This document shows, one piece after another, positions 1 to 9,764 of a DNA stretch of 38,732 nucleotides (positions are counted from its first letter, which is position 1; each line of letters begins with the position of its first letter). The stretch lies in assembly GCA_039794085.1 (NCBI GenBank), contig JBDIWC010000039.1, forward strand, positions 1 to 38,732, given 5' to 3'. This DNA comes from Gemmatimonadales bacterium. GTDB taxonomy: Bacteria > Gemmatimonadota > Gemmatimonadetes > Gemmatimonadales > GWC2-71-9. The translations under genes were made by a program, and so were the position numbers. The notes beneath the pieces are model-generated. The model searched no databases and was not told where the DNA came from. It saw only the letters and a list, made by a program, of their open reading frames with translations.

Positions 1-123
1 ACGAAGGCCAGGTGTCGGGCCGCATCTGGTCTTGGGAGTAGGAACCCCGCAGACCGCGAGCATACCCGGGCAGTATCTGTGGCTCCGAGTGTGCAAGCCT
101 CTTTGGTTCCGGCTCTGCCGGCT

Positions 124-214
124 TAGGAAGTAGGGAGTAGGGGCGCCCAAGCTTCCTCCGGCCCGGAAGGGGGGCGCTCCCCACCCCCCTACTGCCTAAC
201 TCCCTAACTCGCTA
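124..214. repeat. Inverted heptamer-repeat/hairpin element downstream of the flippase
   Basis: Purine arm TAGGAAG-TAGGGAG-TAGGGGCGCCC faces a pyrimidine arm GGGCGCTCCCC..CCTACTGCCTAACTCCCTAAC around an inner CTTCC..GGAAG hairpin; may act as terminator. Confidence 0.6.
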
Positions 215-1696
215 CTTCTTCCAGCGCGACCTCCAGCGCTCTTCCTCCGGATCGAGTCCCAGGGCATACAGGGTGCCGAGATAGGCCCCGAGGATGAGGG
301 GGATTCCGAGCCCCACCTGCAGGACCGCGTACCCTCGAAAGAGTGTCTGAAGCAGCAGTGCGATGGCTGTGGCCGGGAGCGCGGCGAGGACCGGCTTGAG
401 GACGCCCAGGTTCACCGACCGGATCCGGAACAGATGCCAGTTCGTCGCGATGCGGATGGCATTGACGACGACGAAGGTGAGCCCGACCGACAGGGCCACT
501 CCCTCGAGTCCGAACAGGCGGGTCAGCCCGATTCCGAGACCGACACTGAGCAGAAGGCGCACGGCCCCTATGGGCAGGTTCAGGCCGGGCCGGAGGTAGA
601 CGATCGGCAACTCATTGATGCCCAGGCTGCCGTTGATGGTGTCGCCCACCAGGAGCAGAGTCAGGGCGACGGCTCCGGCGGAGAACCCCCCTCCCAGGAG
701 ACCCAGGAGGTTGTCGCCGAACAGCCCGAAACCGAGAATGATCAACACCTGAACCGAGAGGATCCAGCGGGAAACGAGGGCGAGCTGGTGTCCCACGCGG
801 GAGAGATCCCCCGTCTGGATCGCATCCGAAAGGACGGGCGGGAGAATCCGGTCAAACCCCTGGCGGATCTTCCGGGTGAAGGTGGCAAACTGCCGCGCCA
901 TGCCGTAGATCCCGACCGTGCTGGCGGGAAAGAAGTAGGAGACGAGGTAGACATCCGCCTGATCGCTGAGCAGAATCAGCACCTCATAGACCGCCGTCGG
1001 CCCGCTGAAGGTGATCAGGCGGCGCATGTCCGTCCAGGCCAGGGGGGCGCGCAAGCAATCGGCCATGGGAAAAACGCGGGCGAAGAAGACGAGAGTGGTG
1101 ACCGCTGCGACGGCGAGCGAGGCCACGTAGGCCAGGACCAGCCCGTGTTCGCGTGCCCCGAGGTACCAGGCCCCCACCGCGACAAGACTGAGAGTCAGGG
1201 GTTCGGCGATGCTCCGGGAGATGACCTCGAAACGCATCTGCCGGGTGAATCGGATGGCCACGAGCAGAATGTCCGAGGCGACGATCAGGGGAACGGCCAG
1301 GGTCAGGAGCAGGAGCGTCGGGGCGGCCGTCGGGAGACGAAGAAGGTTGGCCAGGGGGAAGGCGGTGACCGCGACCACGATCGTGGTGAGGGCGCCGGAC
1401 ACCGCGGCGAGGGCGATGCCGTTGGCCACGGCGCGGTGCACGCTTTCCTGACGGGCGGCGGACTCGCTCATGAACTTGAAAAGGGATCGCTTCATGCCGA
1501 AGAGGGCGAGAGCGGCCGCCGTCTCCACGACGGACAGTCCGAAAACATACTCTCCGAACCGGGCCTCTCCGTAGAGGAGCGCGGCGATCAGCAGGAAGGG
1601 CGCCCGGGCCCCGAGCCGGATGGCGTATCCAAGGTAGTTCACCCCGGCACCGCGGGCGAGATCCCGGGCGTCGGTTTCGGCAGCGGTGCGGGTCAC
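212..1696 (-). CDS. Wzx/MOP-superfamily oligosaccharide flippase (polysaccharide biosynthesis protein)
   Basis: Many TM helices; 'LARGAGVNYLG', 'YGEARFGEY', 'DVYLVSYFFPASTVGIYGMA' typical of Wzx/RfbX; start placed at GTG 1696 because the ORF-track extension to 1957 does not look protein-like. Confidence 0.8.
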   Translation of the reverse strand: MTRTAAETDARDLARGAGVNYLGYAIRLGARAPFLLIAALLYGEARFGEYVFGLSVVETAAALALFGMKRSLFKFMSESAARQESVHRAVANGIALAAVSGALTTIVVAVTAFPLANLLRLPTAAPTLLLLTLAVPLIVASDILLVAIRFTRQMRFEVISRSIAEPLTLSLVAVGAWYLGAREHGLVLAYVASLAVAAVTTLVFFARVFPMADCLRAPLAWTDMRRLITFSGPTAVYEVLILLSDQADVYLVSYFFPASTVGIYGMARQFATFTRKIRQGFDRILPPVLSDAIQTGDLSRVGHQLALVSRWILSVQVLIILGFGLFGDNLLGLLGGGFSAGAVALTLLLVGDTINGSLGINELPIVYLRPGLNLPIGAVRLLLSVGLGIGLTRLFGLEGVALSVGLTFVVVNAIRIATNWHLFRIRSVNLGVLKPVLAALPATAIALLLQTLFRGYAVLQVGLGIPLILGAYLGTLYALGLDPEEERWRSRWKK

Positions 1697-1990
1697 GATG
1701 ATCCCGGTGTGCGGGCGTCGGGGGAGTGCCCGGAACGACCCCCCGCAACGGGGAAGGGCCGGTCTGGACAATAATCGCCACCATAGTAGCATCAGAACCG
1801 GTTCTTCGCACCTCAGGGGCGGCCTGTGCGCCTTTGGGGCCGGAATTCGTCTCTCCTTACCTTGAAGGGGCCGGGACGCCGGTGGAGTCAGCGCCGGGAC
1901 AGGAGGAATCAGGGAACTGGCAGACCGGCGGGCACGTTTGTGGGAGGGAAGGGCCATGAGGAATGATCAGCAGCGAAGGGAGTGTTGCAC

Positions 1991-3223
1991 ATGAGACAGG
2001 AACATGACGGGACCCGGCACCGTAGCCGTATGCGGCACACCGCGGCCGGCATGGTCAGCGCGATGGCCGTGGCGGCCCTGCTCGCCCCATCGCTTTCGGG
2101 TACCGGACAGGAAACAGACCTCGCCGACGCCCGGTCGATCTTTGAATCGGCGAGGACCTGGGGGGAGATCGAATCCCTGTTTGCCCGTGATTCGATGGCC
2201 GCGTCGGTCCTTCCCCGGGAGTGGTCAAAACTGATCCCCCACCAGCAGAACCAGCTCCGGGAGGCCTTGGCCGGAGCGGCCCGGGGGTGGGTGCGTGCGC
2301 ACCTGGGGGAGGATGGGCTCGGGATGGAGGATCTGGCCTGGCGAAGCGGGGAGGTGGACGAGGGACGGGTGACGCTTTCCTATCGGGTAGGGAGCGGACC
2401 GGAGAGCGGACGATCCCTGACCGTCGAAATGGTGCGGGAAGACCGGGGAGAGTGGCGGATCCTCGATCTGGTTCGGGAGAAGCGCGGGATGATCGAGGAG
2501 CATCGGACACGCGCGGAGAAGGCCCTGAAGGACTACTCCTTCGCCTACATGCTGGCGGACCTGCAGGAGGCCGATGAGGTGGTTCTCGAGGACTTCGAAG
2601 CTGGTCCGGTCGGGGGATTGCCCGAGGGATGGAGCTGGAAGGGATCGGATGACAAGAAGGAGAAGCCCTACACCGTCGTGGAGGAAGGGGGAAATCGGTT
2701 CCTCCAGGCGCGGGATTCGGGCCAATCGGTGATCCTCGGCAAGGATATCCCCTGGGATCTTGAGAAGTACCCCTACGTCTCTTTTCGGCTGCGGGTCCAT
2801 CGGATCCCGGACGGGGGAGACGAGCGCAACGACAAGACCGTCGACAGCGCGGCGGGGCTATATTTCACCTATCGTCGCCGGCTCGGCATGATCCCCGAGT
2901 CGGTCAAGTATGTCTGGAGTTCCACCCTTCCGGTCGGGGCCGCGGTGATCCGGCCGGGAACGGGGCGGCCCTGGCAGGTGGTGGTGGGCAGCGGAACCGA
3001 TGGCCTTGGAGAGTGGCGAACCTATGTTTTCGATCTGCGGCAGGCCTATCGGGATACTTTCGGGAAGAATCCCCCCGACAAGACCGCGGGAATCGGCGTT
3101 CTCTCCGACGCCAACTCCACGAAATCCCATGCCTGGGCGGACTACGATGACATCAAGGCTCTGCGATCGGTCGATCCTCCGGTGGGGTCAGGCGTGATGC
3201 AGATCATGAAGCATACCCGTTGA
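1991..3223 (+). CDS. Secreted MlaC/Ttg2D-like domain fused to DUF3047 domain
   Basis: Signal peptide; N-half 'EWSKLIPHQQNQLREAL...GEWRILDLVREKRGMIEEHR' resembles MlaC; C-half 'YPYVSFRLRVHRIPDGGDER..DSAAGLY..KYVWSSTLPVG..GIGVLSDANST' resembles DUF3047; exact start uncertain (1982-2063). Confidence 0.65.
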   Translation: MRQEHDGTRHRSRMRHTAAGMVSAMAVAALLAPSLSGTGQETDLADARSIFESARTWGEIESLFARDSMAASVLPREWSKLIPHQQNQLREALAGAARGWVRAHLGEDGLGMEDLAWRSGEVDEGRVTLSYRVGSGPESGRSLTVEMVREDRGEWRILDLVREKRGMIEEHRTRAEKALKDYSFAYMLADLQEADEVVLEDFEAGPVGGLPEGWSWKGSDDKKEKPYTVVEEGGNRFLQARDSGQSVILGKDIPWDLEKYPYVSFRLRVHRIPDGGDERNDKTVDSAAGLYFTYRRRLGMIPESVKYVWSSTLPVGAAVIRPGTGRPWQVVVGSGTDGLGEWRTYVFDLRQAYRDTFGKNPPDKTAGIGVLSDANSTKSHAWADYDDIKALRSVDPPVGSGVMQIMKHTR

Positions 3224-3239
3224 TGTTGCCTGCCGTCTC

Positions 3240-4616
3240 ATGGTGAGCCACTGGTGTCTGGTGGCCACCCTCGGGGCCGGATTGACGCTCGGGCCAACCT
3301 GCTCGGCACAGACGCGGGACACGGTGCGGCTGAACCTCCGGCAACTGGAGGAACAGGCGATGCAACGGAGTCCCCTGCTGGCCCAGAGCCGAGCCACCCT
3401 GCGCGTGTCCGAAGCCCGGCGCACCCAGGCGGGCCATGCGGGAGTATTGCCCACCTTCACCCTGCGGCAGGTGGCGGGAGTGCTCCCCCGCCTCCGGGCG
3501 GAGGAAACGGCCACCGGGGTTCTGTTCTCCCCGGACACGAACACGAGCTTGTCGGACATGCGGCCCTTCACCGACGTGGAGGTGAACTTCCTGCAACCGT
3601 TGTACACGTTCGGGAAGATCGGCGGGGTAAAATCGGCTGCCAGGGCGGGGGTGGAGGCCGATGAGGCGGGCGTGGCGGCCACGGAAGCGGAGGTGCGGGC
3701 GCAGGTTCGCGGCCTCTATTGGGGCCTCAAGCTCGGGGATGAACTGCTCCGGGTGATCGAGGATGCCCGACGACAGGTGGACAGCGCGCAGGTGACGGTG
3801 GAAACCAAGCTGGATGAGGGGTCGGACGACGTCACCCAGACCGACCTCTTCAAGATCCAGGTGTTCCGGTACGAGGTGGAGAAGCGGCAACGGGAGGCAC
3901 TCCAGAAAATCGCCCTGGCGCGGCGGGCCCTCGGGAGTGCCATCGGCCTGGAGGAGGGTACCCCGCTGGCGCTGGACGATGCGGTGTTCGCGCCGATCGG
4001 GTTCGCCGTGGACAGCCTGGAGACGTACTTTGCCATGGCCCTGCGCTCCCGGCCTGAACTGCGGCAGTTGGACGCCGGGATCCGGGCGCGGTCCTCCCTG
4101 GTGGGATCGGCCTCCAGCGATTACTACCCTCAGCTGTTCGTGGGGGGACAGATCCGGTGGAACCGGGCCATGGATCGGGCGGATCCCCGGAATCCGTTCG
4201 TGGTCAACCAGACCAACTTCACCCGGATCGGGGCGGTCGTGGGGCTCAACTGGAACCTGAACTTCTGGCAGACGCGGGACCGGGCGCGGGTCGCCGAGTT
4301 CGAGCAGTCGGTGCTGGAAATCCGGAAGCCCGCCGCCGAGGCCGGGATCCGGTTGGAAGTGGAGAAGGCGTGGCGGGACCTGCGCACCGCGGCCGACAAT
4401 GTCCGCGAAAGTGCGGACGCTCTGAAGGCCACGGACAACTGGTTGCGGAGTGAAGCGCAGGTGTTCGACCTGGGGGTCGGCGAGGTGAAGGACTTCATCG
4501 ATGCGTTTCAGGCCAACAGCACGATGCGGGCCGAGCACGCGGAGAACATCGCCGCGTTCAACACGGCACTGGCCGCGCTGGGCAAGGCCATCGGACGGGA
4601 TCTCTATCCACAGTAG
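3240..4616 (+). CDS. TolC-family outer membrane efflux protein
   Basis: Signal peptide and two OEP repeats ('LQPLYTFGKIGG', 'ALRSRPELRQ..SDYYPQL', C-terminal 'AALGKAIG'). Confidence 0.85.
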   Translation: MVSHWCLVATLGAGLTLGPTCSAQTRDTVRLNLRQLEEQAMQRSPLLAQSRATLRVSEARRTQAGHAGVLPTFTLRQVAGVLPRLRAEETATGVLFSPDTNTSLSDMRPFTDVEVNFLQPLYTFGKIGGVKSAARAGVEADEAGVAATEAEVRAQVRGLYWGLKLGDELLRVIEDARRQVDSAQVTVETKLDEGSDDVTQTDLFKIQVFRYEVEKRQREALQKIALARRALGSAIGLEEGTPLALDDAVFAPIGFAVDSLETYFAMALRSRPELRQLDAGIRARSSLVGSASSDYYPQLFVGGQIRWNRAMDRADPRNPFVVNQTNFTRIGAVVGLNWNLNFWQTRDRARVAEFEQSVLEIRKPAAEAGIRLEVEKAWRDLRTAADNVRESADALKATDNWLRSEAQVFDLGVGEVKDFIDAFQANSTMRAEHAENIAAFNTALAALGKAIGRDLYPQ

Positions 4617-4620
4617 GGGC

Positions 4621-5268
4621 ATGACCATGGACGGATGGATGCAGACTGGAAGGTCAGATCGAGGGCGGGGGCGCACCGAATTCCATCGGGTGCCGGTCGC
4701 GGCCGGGCTCGGATCGCTGCTGGTGGCCCTGGTGGTTCCGGCCGCCGCCCAGCAGGGACCGGCGGAGGTGATCCGGTCGCGCAATGTGACCGTCGAGAAG
4801 ATCCTGGACGCCGCGGGAGATTCCATCTCCGCTGCAACCCGGGAACGGCTCAAGGATGTGATCAACGGGTTCATTGACTTTACCGAGCTCTCCAAACGGT
4901 CCCTCGGGAAGCATTGGGAGGAGCGCACGCCCGCCGAGCAGCAGGAATTCGTGGAGGTGTTTCGCACCCTGGTGCGGAACACCTCGGTGCGGAAACTGGA
5001 AGTGTACGAAGCGGACCGGATGGACTATCCTCCCGCCGTGGTGACGGGAACCACCGCCAAGGTGACGACAATCGCGCACAAGGGCACCAAGTCGGTGACC
5101 ATCGTCTACCACATGCACAAGGTCGGCAACGAATGGAAGGCGTATGATGTCGTCATCGACGGGGCCAGTACCGCACGGAACTACCGCGACTCCTTCTCTC
5201 GGGAGATTGCCAAGACGTCCTATCGTGACATGTACGAGAAGCTGGTCAAGCGCGCGGCTGAATCGTAG
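4621..5268 (+). CDS. MlaC/Ttg2D/HpnM-family periplasmic lipid-binding protein
   Basis: 'IDFTELSKRSLGKHWEERTPAEQQEFVEVF' and 'WKAYDVVIDGASTARNYRDSF' are MlaC hallmark segments; start 4621-4639. Confidence 0.88.
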   Translation: MTMDGWMQTGRSDRGRGRTEFHRVPVAAGLGSLLVALVVPAAAQQGPAEVIRSRNVTVEKILDAAGDSISAATRERLKDVINGFIDFTELSKRSLGKHWEERTPAEQQEFVEVFRTLVRNTSVRKLEVYEADRMDYPPAVVTGTTAKVTTIAHKGTKSVTIVYHMHKVGNEWKAYDVVIDGASTARNYRDSFSREIAKTSYRDMYEKLVKRAAES

Positions 5269-5349
5269 TCGGCCGATCGGCCGGCCTCGGCGGGCCCTTC
5301 CCTCATCCTCTGCTCGTCGGACGCCGGCGGGCACACTCCCGAGCTGACC

Positions 5350-7764
5350 ATGCTGCGCATTCCGCACCAATGCGAGAAGCTGTACCGGCATCACCGGACG
5401 ATCCTCGTCGTCGCTCTGGTGGCGACCGTGGTGGGCGCCTGGCTGAGCCTGAAGCTCCCGCTCCACAGCGACCTGGACGACCTTCTGCCCGACAGCTATC
5501 CCAGTGTGCATGCCATGAACCGGATGCGGCAGGAGGTGGGGGGAAGCGGCCGCCTGCGACTCGTGCTGGAGGCGCCACACTTCGCGGCCATGACCCGCCT
5601 GGCGCACGATCTGGAGCCGCGACTGACCGCGAGCCCCTTCGTGCAGTACGTGGACTACCGGAATAACGTGGAGTTCTATCGGACCCACGCCCTCCTCTTT
5701 CTGGAGCCCGCTGAACTGGACTCCCTCCGCCAGGCCATCCAGGACGCCATCGACAGCCGCAAGCAGGAACTCAATCCGTTCCTGGTGGACGACCTGTTCG
5801 GAGAGAACGAGACGGAGTCGGGAAGCGATGATCTGGCGGAGTGGGAGGAGAAGTACCAGACCCAGGAGCCCCGGCCCTACTACACCAACGCGGACAGCAC
5901 CGTGCTGGTTATGGAGGTCTTCCCCTTCCAGGCCCGATCGGACCTGTCGTTCGTGCGGGAGATGCTGGCGAACGTCCGGGCCATCGTGGATTCCGTGGGT
6001 CCGGCGGGCTATGACCCGGCGATGCAGGTGTATTTCGGAGGAAGTCTCAAGAACCGTCTCGACGAGTATGATGTGATCCGGGACGACATTCTCGGCACGG
6101 CGCTCTACGGGGTGGGTGGGGTGTTTCTCCTGATCGCCCTCTTCTTCCGGCGGGCCTATGGGGCGCTTCTCGTCTCGCTCAGCCTGGTGATGGCCCTGAC
6201 CTGGACTTTCGGCGTGACCTATCTCGTGATCGGGGAACTCAACACGATCACGGGGTTCATGTTCGTGATTCTCTTCGGGCTGGGGATCGACTACGGCATC
6301 CACACCTTCGCCCGCTATGCCGAGAGTCGGCAGGCGGGACACAGCACCGAGGTGGCGATCGACCACATGGTCTGCCAGACGGGCACCGCCGTCGCGACCA
6401 CGGCGGTGACCACCGCGGCCGCGTTCTTTCTCCTCATGTTCATGGATTTCAAGGGGTTTGCCCATCTTGGCTTCATCGCTGGTGTGGGTGTCCTCTTCTC
6501 CTTCATGGCGATGGTGATGGTGCTGCCCTCGCTGCTGATCGTGTCGGAACGCTTCGGGCTCATCCGGTTTCCCCCGGTGGCCTCGAAGAGCCCCGCGGAG
6601 CGCCCCGCCCCGCGCGCGCTCCGCGGGGTGCGACCCGTGCTGGCGCTCGGGGTGTTGCTCACCGTGATCGCCGGGGCGCTGGCCACACAGGTCGAGTTCG
6701 AGTACGACTTCACCAACCTCCGGGCCATCAGTGCCGAGCGGCAACTCGTGGGAGAGAAGACCGAGGGGGTGTTCACCCTGTCGGAGTCGCCGGCGGTGGT
6801 CCTGGCCGACTCGCGGGAGGAGGTGGACCGGATCGTCCAGGCGGTGAACCGGGTGAAGCAGAACGATTCGATCTCGCCGACGATCGACCGGGTCCGATCC
6901 ATCTTTTCGCTGGTGCCGGATGACCAGGAGGCCCGGCTCGAGAAGATCCGGGAGATCCGGACCCTGGTGGAAACCGAGGCGAAGGGGGCGGTGACCGGCG
7001 AGGACAAGGCTCGCCTCGACAAGCTCGAGGGGTACCTGCAAGTGGAGAAGACCTTCACCTGGGATGATTTCCCCACGGAGGACAAACGGCAGTTCATCAA
7101 TACGAACGGCGAGATCGGTAATTTCGTCTTCATTTATCCCAGTGTGGCCTTGCGCGATGGCCGGAATGCCATCGATTTCCGCAATGACGTGGGAACTATC
7201 ACGACCGAGACGGGACAGGTGTACCACGCCGCCAGTTCCAACATCATCTCCGCCGAGATGCTGGTGCTGATGCTGGCAGAGGGCAAATGGGCCATGGCTC
7301 TGTCGATCGTCGCCGTGTTCCTCCTGGTGTGGCTCGACTTCCGGAGTCTTCGGGGCACACTGCTCGTCATGGTGCCCCTGCTCATCTCCTTCGTCTGGGC
7401 CGGTGGCCTGATGTTCCTGATCGGCATGAAGATGAACTTCTACAACGTCGTGGTCTTTCCCAGCATCGTCGGAATCGGGGTGGACAACGGGGTTCACCTG
7501 TTCCATCGATACCTGGAGGAGGGCCGAGGGTCGCTCCCCTTCGTGGTGCGCCGGACCGGATGGGCCATCGCGATGACCACGATGACGACGATCGTGGGCT
7601 ACTCGGGCCTTATCCTCGCCCGGCACCCCGGGCTGCAGTCGATCGGGTTTCTCGCCGTGATCGGAATTGGGATGGCCTTCGTGGCCGCGGTGGTGTTGCT
7701 GCCGAGCATCATCCAGGCGATGGAAAACCGGAAGGCGTTGCCGGTTGAGGGCATGACGCCGTGA
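5350..7764 (+). CDS. MMPL/RND family lipid transporter (HpnN-like)
   Basis: Two RND halves with 'GLGIDYGIH' and 'GIGVDNGVH' TM4/TM10 motifs; 804 aa. Confidence 0.9.
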   Translation: MLRIPHQCEKLYRHHRTILVVALVATVVGAWLSLKLPLHSDLDDLLPDSYPSVHAMNRMRQEVGGSGRLRLVLEAPHFAAMTRLAHDLEPRLTASPFVQYVDYRNNVEFYRTHALLFLEPAELDSLRQAIQDAIDSRKQELNPFLVDDLFGENETESGSDDLAEWEEKYQTQEPRPYYTNADSTVLVMEVFPFQARSDLSFVREMLANVRAIVDSVGPAGYDPAMQVYFGGSLKNRLDEYDVIRDDILGTALYGVGGVFLLIALFFRRAYGALLVSLSLVMALTWTFGVTYLVIGELNTITGFMFVILFGLGIDYGIHTFARYAESRQAGHSTEVAIDHMVCQTGTAVATTAVTTAAAFFLLMFMDFKGFAHLGFIAGVGVLFSFMAMVMVLPSLLIVSERFGLIRFPPVASKSPAERPAPRALRGVRPVLALGVLLTVIAGALATQVEFEYDFTNLRAISAERQLVGEKTEGVFTLSESPAVVLADSREEVDRIVQAVNRVKQNDSISPTIDRVRSIFSLVPDDQEARLEKIREIRTLVETEAKGAVTGEDKARLDKLEGYLQVEKTFTWDDFPTEDKRQFINTNGEIGNFVFIYPSVALRDGRNAIDFRNDVGTITTETGQVYHAASSNIISAEMLVLMLAEGKWAMALSIVAVFLLVWLDFRSLRGTLLVMVPLLISFVWAGGLMFLIGMKMNFYNVVVFPSIVGIGVDNGVHLFHRYLEEGRGSLPFVVRRTGWAIAMTTMTTIVGYSGLILARHPGLQSIGFLAVIGIGMAFVAAVVLLPSIIQAMENRKALPVEGMTP

Positions 7765-9122
7765 ACCCTCCCTCAGCGGCCACGGTCCCGCTGGAGGAAT
7801 CGCGCGCGGTGGGCCCGACCCCCTCCCGGCCTCGGTCCGCGCAACCGGTGGCCGTGGTGACCGTCCCGGCCACTCTCCTTGCGGGCACCTCCCGGGTGGC
7901 CGCGTTGGACCCCGTGCTGGGTCGTTCCCCGGTCCAGCGTCACCTGCACCATCTCGGCGCCTTCGGCGTCTCCAAGGCCATTCTCCTGCTCGACGGAGCG
8001 CTCGACAGGTCCGCCACCGAATGCACCCTCCGGAAGCAGATCGAGGAGCTTTCCCCGGCGGTGCCCACCCACCTCGACATCCGAGTGACCGTCGGCACGG
8101 ATCCCGGAGAGTGGGCCGAACTGACGGGCGGTGCGGATTGCCTGGTGATCCAGGGCGACACAATCCACGACACCCGTTGCTATCCGCTCCTGCTCGGTGC
8201 CGAAGGGGACACCGAATTGGTGGATGGGGGAGGTGAGGCTTCGGCCGGCAGGAAGAGCGGGAACGGGGGTGTTCCGGTCGGGATGGCGCGTCGGTTGACC
8301 TTCAATCCCAGCTCTCTCGATTTCGGGGTGACGGAAGCCCGCCGCGTCGATATCCGGACCGTTCCCGAGTACCTCCCCGACCTTCGGCGTCATCTCCCCC
8401 TGGCCTGGACCCCGATCCGCTCCGTGGCCGATCAGCAACGGGCGTCCCGCCACCTGTTCGATGCGGCCCAGAAGGGGGTTCTCGACTTCCCGGCCCGGTA
8501 TCTCCACCCTCTTCCGGAGAACGCTCTGGTTCGCCTCCTCGCCGGGACTCCGGTGACCCCCAACGCCGTCACCATTCTGACGGGAGTGCTCGGGTTCACC
8601 GCCACATACCTGTTCTCCACCGGTCGGCAGGATGAGATGGGGGTGGCCCTGGCCATCGCCCTGGTGGTCAACGTGCTGGATGGGGTGGATGGGAAACTGG
8701 CCCGGATCCGCCTGCAGGCGAGCCGCTTCGGGGACCGCCTCGACCACTTCCTGGACGTGACGTTCGAGTTCTCCTGGTACCTGGCCATCGGGTGGGGACT
8801 GCGGGCCACGGGAACCGCAGGAAACCCGCTGGCGACCGGGGTGGGCCTGATCGGGGTCATGCTGGCGTCCCGGGCCCTGTCCGGTGTGTACAAGACATTC
8901 AGCGGGCGGCAGATCCACGATCACCGGGCGTTCGACCGGGGATTCCGTCTCGTGGCGGGACGGCGGAACATCTACGTGCTGGTCCTGGTGGCCGGGTGGT
9001 TGATGGGGCGCCTGGATCAGGCTCTGCTTCTGTCCCTGTGGTGGGGCGGGGTGACGGCTCTGGTCTACCTGATTCGGTCGGTCATGGCCTGGCAAATCTC
9101 CCGGCGGCCGTCCGGGTCCTGA
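7761..9122 (+). CDS. CDP-alcohol phosphatidyltransferase with degenerate N-terminal nucleotidyltransferase-like domain
   Basis: Signature DxxDGxxAR..G..D..D ('DGVDGKLARIRLQASRFGDRLDHFLD') preceded by 'VTPNAVT'; GTGA overlap with MMPL gene. Confidence 0.85.
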   Translation: MNPPSAATVPLEESRAVGPTPSRPRSAQPVAVVTVPATLLAGTSRVAALDPVLGRSPVQRHLHHLGAFGVSKAILLLDGALDRSATECTLRKQIEELSPAVPTHLDIRVTVGTDPGEWAELTGGADCLVIQGDTIHDTRCYPLLLGAEGDTELVDGGGEASAGRKSGNGGVPVGMARRLTFNPSSLDFGVTEARRVDIRTVPEYLPDLRRHLPLAWTPIRSVADQQRASRHLFDAAQKGVLDFPARYLHPLPENALVRLLAGTPVTPNAVTILTGVLGFTATYLFSTGRQDEMGVALAIALVVNVLDGVDGKLARIRLQASRFGDRLDHFLDVTFEFSWYLAIGWGLRATGTAGNPLATGVGLIGVMLASRALSGVYKTFSGRQIHDHRAFDRGFRLVAGRRNIYVLVLVAGWLMGRLDQALLLSLWWGGVTALVYLIRSVMAWQISRRPSGS

Positions 9123-9269
9123 GGCCCGGATGAGGGTCGCCGCTTGTCCTCCGCCTCCACCGGTCTTAGCTTTTTGCCCGGATCGGGCGACCTTCCCCTG
9201 ACCGGGTGAGTGTCGCCCGGTTCTGTCTGGAGGCCCGGCGTTCCTACTCACCTCGATTCCGGTCTCGCC

Positions 9270-9725
9270 ATGCAATTCGGTCATGTTCCTCTTGCTCTTT
9301 CGATCGCCACCTTCGATTGGAGTCCCCGCATGGCGGTGTTCTGCATGGGGGTGCACATGCTGCCCAATGCGGACTCGCTGGTGGTCAAGGCCGGTTTTGC
9401 CAAACCCTCCTTCCATTGCACCGTCACCCACTCCATCCTCTTTGCGACCGTGGTGAGCGGTCTGGTCTACCTCATCGCTCCGCACTACGCTCCGTTTGCC
9501 ATGGTGGCGATGCTGACCCATTACCTCGCCGACATCGGGAGCACGGTGGGCCAGCCCCTGCTCCTGCCCTTCACGAGCACGAAGTACACGCTGAGCCTCT
9601 TTGAGGACACGGGATACTGGGGATGGGGAATGTTGACCGGCTACTATCGCCAGCCGATGTCCTGGCTGCTCGAGGGGGCCGTCATCGTTTTCTTCCTCTA
9701 TCGTCTCTCCGTGATCAATGCCTGA
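9270..9725 (+). CDS. YdjM-like inner-membrane metal-dependent hydrolase
   Basis: Motifs 'GH', 'LPNAD', 'HCTVTHS', 'THYLAD', 'GQPLLLPF'. Confidence 0.75.
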   Translation: MQFGHVPLALSIATFDWSPRMAVFCMGVHMLPNADSLVVKAGFAKPSFHCTVTHSILFATVVSGLVYLIAPHYAPFAMVAMLTHYLADIGSTVGQPLLLPFTSTKYTLSLFEDTGYWGWGMLTGYYRQPMSWLLEGAVIVFFLYRLSVINA

Positions 9726-9764
9726 GGGAACCTGCACAGCGGAGTACGCAGGGGGAAACTGCGG

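Noticed and set aside
5350..7764. Naming the MMPL/MlaC pair hpnN/hpnM (hopanoid transport)
   Set aside because: No hopanoid biosynthesis genes in the window; substrate not determinable, so no symbols assigned
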